Below, in pieces: positions 1 through 14,385 of a stretch of DNA of 64,000 nt (positions within the stretch are counted from its first letter, which is position 1; every line of letters starts with the position of its first letter). Source of the stretch: the human T2T-CHM13v2.0 reference genome, Homo sapiens; NCBI RefSeq assembly GCF_009914755.1, contig NC_060928.1; one strand, given 5' to 3'. Both the position numbers and the translations under genes were made by a program. Under the pieces are notes generated by a model that saw only the letters and a program-made list of their open reading frames with translations, did no database searches and was not told where the DNA came from.

Positions 1-333
1 CTAATTATTCAGAAAGTTTAAAAATGCATGTTACAACACTAAGAAGGTACCATAAAATTATTTCCCTCCCTTTTGTTTGTGCCTGTTATTTGTCCTCATC
101 TACTACCCACCTAAATCTTTTGCTAACTTGCCAATTTTTGGTACATATTCCCTGTTGTGCTCTATGCATACATGCACACACGTATACATTCTTTTTTTTA
201 ATACGAATGATAGCATTCTATACATAATGTATTAGACCTTGCTTTTGTTACTTAAAAACTCAGTCATTCATCAACAAATATATATTGCATGCTTACTATG
301 TGTCAAGACTGTTCGAGGAGCTCCATTATTATT

Positions 334-712
<379 letters not shown>

Positions 713-1390
713 GCTTCATTCTTAACAGTTGCATAGTTTTCTACTTGAGGATACACCATAATTTATTTAGCTTATCTCCTCTTGGAGGACATTTAGTGTT
801 TCCAAAATTTTACTATTATTAATACAAACAATGCTATAGTGAATGTCCTAGAATATATGCCATTTCTCATCTGTGAAAATATAATTGTTAAGAGTATGGA
901 CATTTTAAATTTTGATAGTAGCATCCAAATTACTCTCTATAATGGTTACACTCCACTTCCGGTTCTACCAGCAGCATGCAAAAGTACCTATTTTCTCCTG
1001 TCCTTGCGAAGAGTGTTACCAAACTTCTTGATTTCTGCCCATGTGGTAGGTGAAAAATGGTATCTCACTGAACTTTGAATGTACATTTAGTAGCATAAGT
1101 GATACACAAAAACTATTTTTTCTTAGCTCATTACCTTTATACTAAGAAATTAGCTCTCTGTCAGCTATATGATTGAAAATAATTTTTCCTGGTTCTTGTG
1201 TGTTTTTTGAAATAGTTTAGGGAGGTTTTTTTTTTGCAATATACAAATCATTTATTTTCATGTAGTTGAACTTATTTTTAAAGGATTCTTGGATTTTATG
1301 TCATATTTGGAAAGTTCTTCCCTATTCCAATATAATTTTTAAAACTCTCCTTATTTAATTCTAGCATTCTTATTTTAAAAAGAACACTTA

Positions 1391-1921
<531 letters not shown>

Positions 1922-2029
1922 TTAATGGAGCATTTCTTTTAGTACTTTGTAAAACAAATTCTAACACATTTCAACAATCAGAATGAAGCAGTTATATGTG
2001 GTTTCTCTCATTTAAGGGCAAACATACTC

Positions 2030-2290
2030 TTTTTTTTTTTTTTTTTTTTTTTTTGAGACAGAATCTTGCTCTGTTACCAGGCTGGAGTGCAGTGGCACGA
2101 CCTTGGGCTCACTGCAGCCTCTGCCTCCTGGGTTCAAGCAATTCTCCTGCCTCAGCCTCCCGAGTAGCTGGGATTACAGGCACCCGCCGCCATGCCCGCT
2201 AATTTTTGTGTTTTTAGTAGAGACGGGGTTTCGCCATGTTGGCCAAGCTGGTTTCGAACTCCTGACCTCAGGTGATCTGCCCACCTCGGA
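2030..2290 (-). mobile_element. AluS-type SINE, 5'-truncated
   Basis: Poly-T then Alu, stopping at CCACCTCGG. Confidence 0.88.
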
Positions 2291-2617
2291 CTCTCACACA
2301 CATACAATAAAGATCAAACTAGGAATGAAAATTAAAGCACTGGTATTTTGGATTTATGAAATTTTTAATCCACAGCATTGAAAACATAAAAAATAAATAT
2401 ATATTGAAAAATGCAACATAATTATCAATAGAAATAAAAAAAAATTACAGGGAGGGAAGTGTAAAATCCATTTTAGAAAATATTTCACCCAAAATACTAA
2501 AAATAAGTAGTTCTGATGTTTAAAAAAATAAACTTCATGGGTTGTAAAGTTCACTTATATGTTGTTTCATTACCTAGTTATGCCAGATAATGCTTTGCTA
2601 CCGAATTATTTGCTTAC

Positions 2618-2807
2618 CAGTCTTCTGGTTTGATGGCAGAAGGATCAGGAATTTTTGCTCTTTCATCCCATTCCTCAGGTTTTTTATCATTGGGATCTTC
2701 AATTTCTTTGGGAGGTTTGATAGGAGGAACCACATCCTCTAGGAGGCTTCCTTTGTTTACAACTGTTTGATCAACTAACACCTCAAATGTGTCATCTGGA
2801 TTCATCA
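2618..2807 (-). CDS. CLGN: Calmegin exon 8 (start of P-domain repeats); the gene continues beyond the left window edge
   Basis: ttag|[64 protein letters not shown]|gtaagc; 190 nt; KPEEWD/KPEDW type-1 repeats. Confidence 0.97.
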
Positions 2808-4123
2808 CTAAGGGACCAATTTAAATAAATTATAGTTATCATTTTGATATACGCTTTAAAGATAATCTTCTAAATAATGTAACTACCCTTAACTCCATGG
2901 GTAAAGCTTTTTTCCCAACCAGAAATAGAGGAATAACCAATGTATTGAACTAAAACATTCTAAAATCACTAGATACGTTTCCTAAAGATAAAATTTTGTT
3001 TTAAACTGCATTTTTTACAATAAAATGCTCCATTACTTCTCAAATAAAAAATAATACCAAATAGCTCTGTTTTGGGAGTCATAACGAGTCAGCTTCACTC
3101 TTTTATAGTTACAAAATACAAGCTAATCTTTTTCAGCATTTAATTTTTTTGATACCATCTTAAAGTGTTGTAAGTATAACAAAAAATTAATTTATTCTGT
3201 TCTAGTAATATTTTCTCATTATTTCTACAGTTTACTTGGTGTTCCCCCAAATGCCTAGTTTTTTCAATTATTTCATAAAGATATTTATTATATCACATCT
3301 GATATTGAAGATGAAATGGGCATTGCCCGAGCAGACAAAATGAATGTTTCTACAACTGCAGCATTTGGGGAAAAAGATTGAAATACGTTAATCTTGGGTG
3401 GAGTTGAGACGTGAGAAAGGAAGCCAATAGGGCCATTTCAAAATGTCCTATTAGGTTCCAATATGCTCTGATTTTGATAGTGGGCTGACCAGAGCTCTAC
3501 AGCCATTATACTTGAGAATGGGAGAAACAACTGCTTATGATGTCCCTCACCCCCATATCTATGCAAATTCCTATTTACTTAAGTATATTAATATATGGCT
3601 GCTCAATGCTTCTCCTTTCGAAGTACATGCCACAACCAACACAAGGTAGGACATAACAATAATCACAACTGCCTACAGAATAAAGTCTAAACTTTTTAGT
3701 CTGGCATTAAGGGCCTCTTCCTTTTTATTTTTTAGTTTTCTGTTCTGGCCTCTTCCTTTTTATTTTCTAGTTTTCTGTTCTTACAGCACCACTGTCACAA
3801 CGTCTAAAATGTCCTTTCACCCTACTGTCTTCAACATTCTATCTGTACTTCAAGACGAGTTCAAATATAATCTTTCCTAGCTTTGTTCCAAGTCTCTAAG
3901 CTGGAAGTAATATTGCTTGTGAACTCTTAGCTGTGCCTCATCTCTCTTTCTTATATGGTACTTTATTTTCTACCCGTGCTGTCATTATACATGTCCTATT
4001 TTCTGAAAAAGATAAGCTCCTTCAGGATGGGGTACACGTTTGTTTTCTTGTAAAGCACTTGCCATGAATACATCAATAGTCAGCAAATATTTTTGAATAC
4101 ATGAATGAATTAAAAGGGTATAC

Positions 4124-4316
4124 CAAGGGTATAAAGATGAGTCTTCCTGTCTGTAAAGAACTTTTTAAGGTCTACATCTGGAGGTTTGGCATGTTTCTCT
4201 TCGAAAACTCCAGTTTTGGGATGTTTATGTCTGAAGATAAAATGAAGTTTATAATCTTCTCCACATTTATCTGGTCCAAACATAATGATATAGGATGTTT
4301 TATCATAAAAGTTTTC
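4124..4316 (-). CDS. CLGN: Calmegin exon 7
   Basis: gaag|[64 protein letters not shown]|gtatac; 193 nt; IMFGPDKCG signature; matches ORF 4110..4322. Confidence 0.97.
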
Positions 4317-4784
4317 CTTCAAAGAGAGATGAGTGTTGGCATTAGTCCAGAATCACAGACTATTTAATGCATTTCTGTATTTTATCCAATGGGTAGAGTT
4401 TACAAAAATATATTAAATGGTAATTCACCAGAGAGCTAGCTATTTAATACAAGTGACAATAAAGGACATGGGAAAATGACAAATTTTACTTCAATATAGA
4501 TTTTTTTAAGTACACACTACTTCCTGACGATGTGGGACAGAAGCTGAAAATACTCTAGCAACACCATAATATGCTTTAACTCTCTATGTAAATCTATATT
4601 ACTAATATTTTTATTGAGAGAATTAGGCATTAGAGGAAAGCATATTTATGGCCTTAAGACTAAAATTATCACCCATTACTATTACTTAGGAAGATACCAG
4701 AAAATGACCCTCTGAGCACAAGATGAAGAGAGATTCATTCAGACATAAAAACAGACACGAGGACATGAATTTCTCTTTATTTGG

Positions 4785-5015
4785 CATGGCATAGTGGTTA
4801 ACAGCATGGGGTATGGAGTCAGATACTGGGGTTCAAATCCTACCACTGCCTCTTAAACTAGTTGGGTGTCACCCTGACTCAAATTTTTTAAAGCTCTCTG
4901 CACCTCCATTTCATCACCTCTGAAGTATGGAGATGATAATAGTACCTACCTTATAAGAGTTCTCTAAGGATTAAGTGAATTAATCAGATAAAGTGCTTAT
5001 AGAAATACTTGGCAT
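4785..5015 (+). mobile_element. MIR SINE
   Basis: gggttcaaatcct...ataatagtacctaccttata...aaagtgctta MIR core. Confidence 0.75.
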
Positions 5016-5751
5016 TAGATTTTTTTGTCATCCTACCTTCAAGTGTTCATCTAAAACAAGAGCTTCAACATATACTCCAATGGCCTCTCCTTCACTTGAT
5101 CCTAATAATAATGAGTAGTACATGAAAAAGTCTCCCATCTACATTTCATAGCTTATGTACAGCTAAGTGTTCTGAAAAATATACCCCTGATGTCTCATCT
5201 ATCGTATTTCTGTTATATGCAGAAAGTCTGAAACAGCCTTTTACAGGAGAAGGCTATAAGAAATATCCCCAACTTTCCAATGGTCCTAATACAACCTCTT
5301 AGAAGTATAAACCTATTTCATCATGAAAAGTTTTTAAAATTAGTTACTTTCTGTGGGTTGCTAACCCCTTTTAATTTGGTTCTTCGGCCATTTTGTTTCA
5401 CTGCTTTGCTTTGTTATGCTTCTCTAAACAAACTTAAGAGTCTTATTCTGTAAAGAAAATAACTCTAAGCTATATTTCAAAAGAAATTTATAAGTATCAC
5501 GTAGTTTTTGTCCTACAGACATGGTAAACTTTTTCATGTTGTTAAAGATTATAAAATTGATGCCTTCAAGTAACACAGCTTTATATAAAACTTGAAGGCG
5601 AATTGTAAGAGCTATGTAAATTCACATTGAAAAAAGATATCTACAATTCTTTTCAATTTCAGTTGAAGACAAAATTTTCAGTTTTATCATTTGTTCCTTA
5701 AAAATACTTATTAACTTTAATAAGGTTTTCTTAAATATTAAAATATCATAC

Positions 5752-5833
5752 CAGAATCAAATCATCAGTGTCTGATAGGAGTTTAATGTATGCACCTCCA
5801 CAATCAATACCATCTTGAAAATTTACTTCATAT
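5752..5833 (-). CDS. CLGN: Calmegin exon 6
   Basis: ttcag|[27 protein letters not shown]|gtatga; 82 nt; carries the calreticulin-family signature [10 protein letters not shown]. Confidence 0.97.
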
Positions 5834-7821
5834 CTGAATAAAGGGAAAAAGAACCGTACTACTGATAAATAAAATTTACTAATTGCTCTTTAAAATATAA
5901 TCTTATTATTCTCAATTCATGTAAGTATAAATTTTTTTACATTATCAGAAAACTCATATAAAGCATATCTACAACCTATAGGAAATAAGCAGAAACGCTT
6001 TTCTACTACTCTAAAACAAGACACATCATTAAAATATTAAAAATAGAATGATTACAATCAACTGCAGACAAACCAATCAATTTGTTTAAATTTTTTTCCA
6101 TCAAAACTGATAAATTAAGCATAAGATACTGTAACTAAAACTACAACAGGAAATTTCAAATTCTGATAAGGTAAGCACTATACTTACACTTTATAAACTA
6201 AAAAAAAATAAAGGCCGTAAGAACCACAGCTACAGCAAGATTTCTACGAAATTGCTAATGATCTTAGATACCTAGAGTTCATTACACCTTACCATGTTAA
6301 ATAAGTTGTACATTTAATTAAATAGCTCCAGCAAAGAGATTCATAATCTCAGTCAATAAGCTGGATTTCAGACCTAAACAGCCAGGAGATATGGGAAATT
6401 TTCACTGTTTAGTATAACAGCTAAAAGAATGAACATGAGAGTCTCTTATGAATTTACAACACAGTGTAATTCTCAGCAAAGTTTTTTTTCTTTATTGGTA
6501 ACTTTAAAAGGAAATAGCCTTGCTATGGCAATGAGGCATAGACTTACGAGATTTTTTGTTGTTAAATTAACGAATTATATGTGACAAAAATCAACAAGGA
6601 AATGGCTGTCAAACAGTAAAAACAAAAAAGGTTATGATTTCATTAAATGAATTAAATCAAAAAGACATGAAAACTAGAGAAATAACCAGAAATAATGATC
6701 ATTTTAATAAAGGACTATAGTTGTAAATGTTTCTGAAGAAATTTAGTGACAAGAAGGTAAAACATGATAGTATACAAAATTTTAACAGTTTGAACTCAAT
6801 TGGTGTACATATTTTGTATTAAAAAAAAGGAAACAAAATTTTAAGTATCTCTGATTTGAAAGGGGTGATTTTCTCCTATACTTTTTACCATGCTTTATTT
6901 CTTAAGCTATCTACAACAGTGGCCACAAGCATGTACTTTAAAGTCAAAATGACCTGAGAGTTATTCTTGATTCTGCCACTTACTCTAGTGACTCCTTGGG
7001 TAACGGCAAGTCATTTAAGCTCTAAGTCTCTATTTGCTCATCTATAATATGCAGACATGGCCCATACTTACACCTCAAAGGATTGTTATGATGATTAAAG
7101 GATATCATGCCCAATGAGGGGCAAATACATGCTCAAAATGCTTCTATGATAATCAGAAGGAAGGTATTCTTTCGTTCTTTTTCATTTTTTAAATAGAGGA
7201 CAGTTTGTTTTCCTCAAAGTCTTATCTTTATTTTAAGCAATAGCTGACAAAATTTTGTTTTTCATGGAATTTAAGTATTTGAAGACTATAAGTAGAACAC
7301 GTGGTGCATGATATGACTTAAAGGTCACTGTTTTTAGAAAAAAAATTAAAAAGATTTTGCTTTATAATAGATTATCTCAGGACAGAGCATTCTGTAAAAA
7401 GGTAAGAATTGGAAAAAACAATTTTGTACAGTGGCTGCATAAATGTGAACACAGTTTCATTGTTCCATTATGCCTAGATTCAATCACCTTGTCCATTTCT
7501 TATACTGCAAACTTTTAGAGTTTTCAAATAATTAACTTTTACCTAGTATAAATGATTCACAATGGATTAGAGGATCAACAAAATGTTTATCATACAGCTT
7601 GACTACTGCTAAACTTCCAGTCATAGGAAAACCAAGGACATATGCAGAGTATATGGTAACCTTAATTTCTTTAGAGTATCATTTCTCAAATTGTTCCATG
7701 AAATAGCAATTACTGTTAGGTGGGAAAATAAACTTATGTGATCAAATGTGTTTGGGAAACACAGTAGTAATGCTGAAAACAGGTTTTCATATGTAGAACT
7801 TCTCAGTCTTTAATGAGCTAA

Positions 7822-8158
<337 letters not shown>

Positions 8159-8410
8159 TTTACTTCCTACGTTTTGAGTTAGGATATTCTTCATCTTTAA
8201 TTATATTCATATATATTAACATGTATACAATTTGGGAAAAGCAGCTTTATAGTAAAGTTATGTTGTAAATCAGCATTTATAGCATTGAATATAAATCTCT
8301 TCATTTTATTTACCCCATTTCATTTTATCAATATTAAGAGGAGACAAACATTCACTCTCCTTTGAATTGTTTTTAAACATATGAAAGACTGCTATTCAAT
8401 TCTTGGTCCT

Positions 8411-8728
8411 CTTTTTTTTTCTTTCTTTCTTTTTTTTTTGAGGCAAGATCTCATTCTGTCACCCAGGCTGCAATGCACTGGTGTGACCTTGGCTCACTGC
8501 AGCCTCGACTTCCTGGGCTTAGGTGATCCTCCCACCTCAGCCTCCAGAGTAGCTGGGACTACAGTCGGGCACCACCATGCCTGGCTAATTTTTAAAATTT
8601 TTTTGTAGAGTCGGGGTTTTGCCATGTTGCCAGGTTGGTCTTGAACTCCTGGGTTCAAGCTGTCTGCCCACCTAGGCCTCCCAAAGTGCTGGGATTACAC
8701 ACATGAGGCATGAGGCACCATGCCAGGC
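8411..8728 (-). mobile_element. AluJ-type SINE
   Basis: Diverged Alu with J-type GCAGCCTCGACTTCCTGGGCT. Confidence 0.85.
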
Positions 8729-8836
8729 ATGGTGGGGAGGTGGAGAGGTTGAAAGAAAGGATTATCTGTGAGAATGTGACCTTTAAAAGGGGTCCCTGCT
8801 TGAAAGACACTGGTATTCATAAACATTTATTTTTGA

Positions 8837-9247
<411 letters not shown>

Positions 9248-9706
9248 GATAACAAGTAATTTTAAGAGTAAAACAAAAATGGTGATTTTTACTATGCATT
9301 ATATAGTTTATGACAGCAGAATTGTATATATTACAGTATATATCACATAATTTTTAAATTTTTTTAAGAGAGCCAAACTATTTATTCCTCATTTAGTCAA
9401 TACAAGCACTCAGACCAAAGGAAATATGCTGCTTAATAGCCCACATACAACTCCTTGAAATAAACAAATATAAATATTAGTACTAGGCCATAAGAATGGT
9501 TGATCTTTGTATAATTTTATCATTTACCTGCTTTTTATTGAAAGCATGGATATGTTTGTGTGTATATGCACATTTGTGTTTTAACTAAGTGAAACGAAAA
9601 AGGAAGATCTAGATTTTCACATCCATTTTCAAAATACAAGCTATATTCAGAAGCCAAAGCTAATACAAAATTCAGAAAAAGTATTCAAAAACATAGCAAC
9701 ACTTAC

Positions 9707-9848
9707 TGAACTATCAAGGGTTTATCAGCAAAAATGAATGGTTTTGCTAATACAGCAGATATTGCATGATGCTTTGCTCTAGATTTTAATACCAGTCCTC
9801 TGTCACCAGGTACCTGGTTTTCTTTCAACTCTTCAATTTCCCATCTTC
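9707..9848 (-). CDS. CLGN: Calmegin exon 5
   Basis: ttttag|[48 protein letters not shown]|gtaagt; 142 nt, phase 1 to 2; calreticulin/calnexin lectin domain. Confidence 0.97.
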
Positions 9849-11077
9849 CTAAAAAATAAAGCAAAGCAAATTAAACTAAAACAGAAAACATTGACCTAAG
9901 AATTATTTATCAGCAGTTGTGAACAATAATTTTTATCCAGGAAGCCTGACTTGGGAAAAATAAAAATTTTAAATCAGGAAATATCTTCAACTATATATGT
10001 ATGCCTGCTCATTTATCTTTTTTTTTTTCTATCAAAGAATGATTTCATCTTCTTAACTAAAGTTGTGAAAACTAATAGCAAACACTATAGTGTCTAATTA
10101 AGTCACTCTTAAAGCTGAATTAGTTTGGTTTTTCTATGAAAGAGTTTTTAATCAATGAAATTATAAAATGTGGTTTGTCTCAATAGGGTATGTCAATATT
10201 GTATTTTTAAAATGACATATTTGAAACTGCATATGACACATAACACAAAATGAGTAGTCTATTTATTTTGAAATGCACAATACTCATCAGCTACTTTTCT
10301 TACTTGCAGCAGTTATTGTAAAGATTTAAAGTTCATTTTGAAAACTGCATGCTTAATTCACACAAACCCTTCTCAGGGTACACTAATCAGCTCTCAGAAC
10401 TTTTGGCCAGGAAGGCAGCAAAGCACTGCATAAGTGCTAAGCTACAACAAGGCAAAACTGAGTTAGGCCTTCTCTGTGTTACAATTTTCCATGTTAAGAT
10501 CAGGACATTCCTGAAATTAGATTATGGGCCACATACAATGCAAAGCTAGGTGGGCTACCTATAGCCCAAAAGTTATATGTTAGACTTTACTCCTTTACTG
10601 GTTTTAGAATAGAAAATCAACTTATATTTGTTTGTGTAAAATCTTCTGTTTTGAAAATGATAGGTATTGCCTATTCCAAGAAAATTCAATTCGACAAAAC
10701 TGGCTATTTTCCAGTATTGTGTCAACTCAAAATATTCATTAATGAGCACTTTTGAATCACAAATGCTCTTATATCATTTTTTTTCTTTCTAAGAAAAATA
10801 ATGCAAGAACCAGACACAGTCTTATAAATCAAAGAGGGGTAATTTTTGGTCTATAATTGTACATACATTTTTAGACTTTTAAAAATGTGTGTGTTTTTAT
10901 TAAGTTTCCAAGTTTCTTTTCTTTCTCCCCCTGATTTGGTCATATTATATTTTTTTGAAAAAGATTAATGTACTTGGTTTTCTTTCTCTCACATTGATGG
11001 TGAATTGTATTATCACTAACTTGTAGTTTGCCTCTCGCCCCCTATAAAGGTCTTATTTTAAGAAGTAACAACTTTAT

Positions 11078-12583
11078 CTGGAAGTCCTAGCCAGCGCAAT
11101 CTGGCAAGAGAAAGAAATAAAGGACATACAAATTGGAAACGAGGAAGTCAAGCTATCACTGTTTGCTAATGATATGATTGCATACCTAGAAAACCCAAAA
11201 GACTCATCCAATAGACTACTAGACTTGAAAAATCAATTCAATAAAAGTCTCAGCTTACAAAATCAATGTACACAAATCAGTAGTACTGCTACATAGCAAC
11301 AACGACCAAACTGAAAATCAAATCAAGAACTCAATGACTTTTACAATGGCTGCAAAAAAAAAAAAAAAAATCCCTAGGAATATTCTTAACAGAGGTGAAA
11401 GATCTATCTATACAAGGAGGACTACAAAACACTGCTGAAAAAAATCATAGATGACACAAACAAATGGAAACACATCCCATGCTCATGGATTGGAAGAATC
11501 AATATCATGAAAATGATCATAGCGCCCAAAGCCATCTACAGATTCAGTGTGATTATTGTGAAAATACCAAAAACATTTTTCACAGAATTAGGAAAAAAAA
11601 TCCAAAAGTTCATATGGAACCAAAAAAGAGCCTGAATAGCCAAAGTAATCCTAAGCAAAAAGAACAAATCTGGAGACATCACATTACCTGACTTCAAATT
11701 ATACAGGGCCATACTATCAAAACAGCATGGTAATGGTCTCAGGTAGACACATAGACCACTGGAACAGAATAAAGAACCAGAAATAAAGCAAAATACTTAC
11801 AACTAACTGATCTTTGACCAAGCATACAAAAATATAAATTAGGGAAAGGACACCCTATTTAATAAATGGTACTGAGAAAACTGGCAAGCCACATATAGAA
11901 GAATGAAACTGGATCCTTACTTGTCACCTTATACAAAAATCAACTCAAGATGGATTAAAGACTTAAACCTAAGATCTGAAACCATGAAAATTCTAGAAGA
12001 TAACACCAGAAAAACTCTTCTAGACATTGGCTTAGGCAAAGAATTCATGACCAAGAACCCAAAAGCAAATGCAACAAAAACAAAAATAAATAAATGGGAC
12101 CTAATTAAACTAAAAAGCTTCTGCACAGCAAAAGAAATAATCATCAGAGTAAACAGATAACCCACAGTGTGGGAGAAAATATTAATAACCTATGAATCTG
12201 ACAAAGGACTAGTATCCAGAATCAAGAGACTCAAACAAATCAGCAAGAAAAAAATTAATCCCATCAGAAAGTAGGCAAATGACATAAATAGACATTTCTC
12301 AAAAGAAGATATAGAAATGGCCAACGAACATGTTTAGAAAATGCTCAACATCACTAATCATCAAGGAAATGCAAATTAAAACCACAATGAGATACTACGT
12401 TACCCCTGTAAGAATGGCCATTATTAAAAAGTCAAAAAACAATTGGCATGGATGTGGTAAAAAGGGAACATTTATACACTGCTGGTGCAATGTAAATTAA
12501 TACAGCCTCTATGGAAAACAGCATGGAGGTTTATTAAAAAACTGAAAGTAGATCTACTATTTGATCCAGAAATCCCACTACTG
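11078..12583 (+). mobile_element. Older L1 fragment (ORF2 3' part; L1PB/L1MA-like)
   Basis: Degenerate ORF2 peptides such as [21 protein letters not shown]; many stops and frameshifts. Confidence 0.88.
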
Positions 12584-12627
12584 CTTTTTCTGTGCATATG
12601 GTGGTGTCCTTTTTGGAGTTGATAAGC

Positions 12628-12730
12628 ATATATATATATATATACACACACACACATATATATACACACATATATGTGTATATGTATATATATTTGTGTA
12701 TATATGTATATATGTGTATATATATACACA
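12628..12730. repeat. Compound (TA)/(CA)/(TG) microsatellite
   Basis: Alternating purine-pyrimidine low-complexity tract. Confidence 0.9.
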
Positions 12731-13595
12731 GGGGATTTGCTGGGATGGCGAACACCATGCAAAGGAAGACATGCAGGTATGATCTTTATCTTACACTAAA
12801 CAGAAACTATGAAAAGGAAGCAGACAGCTGACATCCAACATGCTATCTGTTTTGCTGTTGTGATGTAACTGCTTATCAGAGTCTGAGTGCAGGGCCACAT
12901 GTTTATGAGTATGAGGTCCTCTGAGAAAGAAGAAATTACCACTATCAGTCACTGTGAGAAGAGGCTGATCTTGCTTCAGCATATAACAATCAAGGAGGCT
13001 GGTTTTTAGACCACAAAGAAGAAAATATTTGGTCATACTCTAGGGTAGTCCTATTAGGGAAGACAATATGACCCCTGCCTATAGGACATTTCTTTCTAGA
13101 GCTAAGGTTGAAGATAATCCTATTAGACACCCTATGATAATGGATATAGACCTGGAGATGAGGATTCCAGAAGCAGCCACATATCTTGTAGCTCTCATTA
13201 GCTATCTTCTGCTTTTTACTTGCTAGGAGAATCTTACCATAAATTATAATTTATTTAATTTATAGATCAAGGTGTGTCTATGCTTGAGATGAAACCATAG
13301 AGACAGCAGTAGCCTGGGAAATACTGCTTCAGGAAATGCAAAAGACTAACAGCAGTAGAGTGAAAATTCAACTGTTCAGTTAGAAAACTAGATTAACTGG
13401 CTTAAGAGTGAGATTTTCAGAAATAGCGAAGGGTTTTTCAGAAATATTGAAGAGGGACAAGATAAAAGACTGAACATTTTATTGTGAGGCAGGGTGGGGG
13501 ACTCCAGCCAACACAATTTAACAAAAATCTAATCTCAAAGTTTAGTGAACTCCAGGCCATACTGGTTATATCTAATACTTAAATAAATATTTTAC

Positions 13596-13654
13596 CATCG
13601 TATATTGAAATTTCCTCATCCATGTCATCTTTCTTTGCTTTTGATAAGACCCAT
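13596..13654 (-). CDS. CLGN: Calmegin exon 4
   Basis: ttacag|WVLSKAKKDDMDEEISIYD-G|gtaaaa; 59 nt, phase 2 to 1. Confidence 0.97.
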
Positions 13655-14311
13655 CTGTAAATAAAGTTGAACATACATATATGTCATTGACAATAAAAGC
13701 AGCAATTTATAGATATAAGGCATACAGAAACACAATAAAAGAACACCCAATACAGTCACTTTTCATTCAACAATAAATTCATACTTAGATGCTAAATAAG
13801 GATGCCTACACATAATCCTGAAGGGCTAGAGTTAAACCGAATTTGGAATCTATAATTTACTAGCTGTATGATCACAGGTAAGGTACAAGAAACCTCGGTT
13901 TCTCCACCTGTAAAATGGGGATTAAATATGGTAATTATCTACTTTTTTTAAGGACATCTGACACATAATAATCATTTAATATTAACTTTTGTTTTTTCCA
14001 TTATTTAGAGTAGAGCAGTACTCATATTTGTCATCTGAACTTAAGAGTGTTAATCTGTCCTAGAGAATAAAGAAATGTTATAAATTTCATCTTTGCATTT
14101 GGAATTAGTATATTTTCTTTGAATAAATAACTATTCAAATTAAACATTCTATCAATTACAAAAATATACTAAGTACTGATTTACATTGTCAATTAAACTA
14201 CTTTAAAATTTTTTATAGATCTGTAGTAGAGATAATTTTCATAGGCCAAAACCTAATAACTTCAAAAAAGCTAATAAATCAAAGAAAACATTCTCTTGAA
14301 TGAATACTCAC

Positions 14312-14385
14312 CCAGCCAACCTTCCACTATCAAAAGTTTCTGCAAAATATACTTCTCCTATAGGTTGAGGTGTCTTATATTTAAT
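14312..14385 (-). CDS. CLGN: Calmegin exon 3
   Basis: tctag|IKYKTPQPIGEVYFAETFDSGRLAG|gtgagt; 74 nt, phase 0 to 2. Confidence 0.97.
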
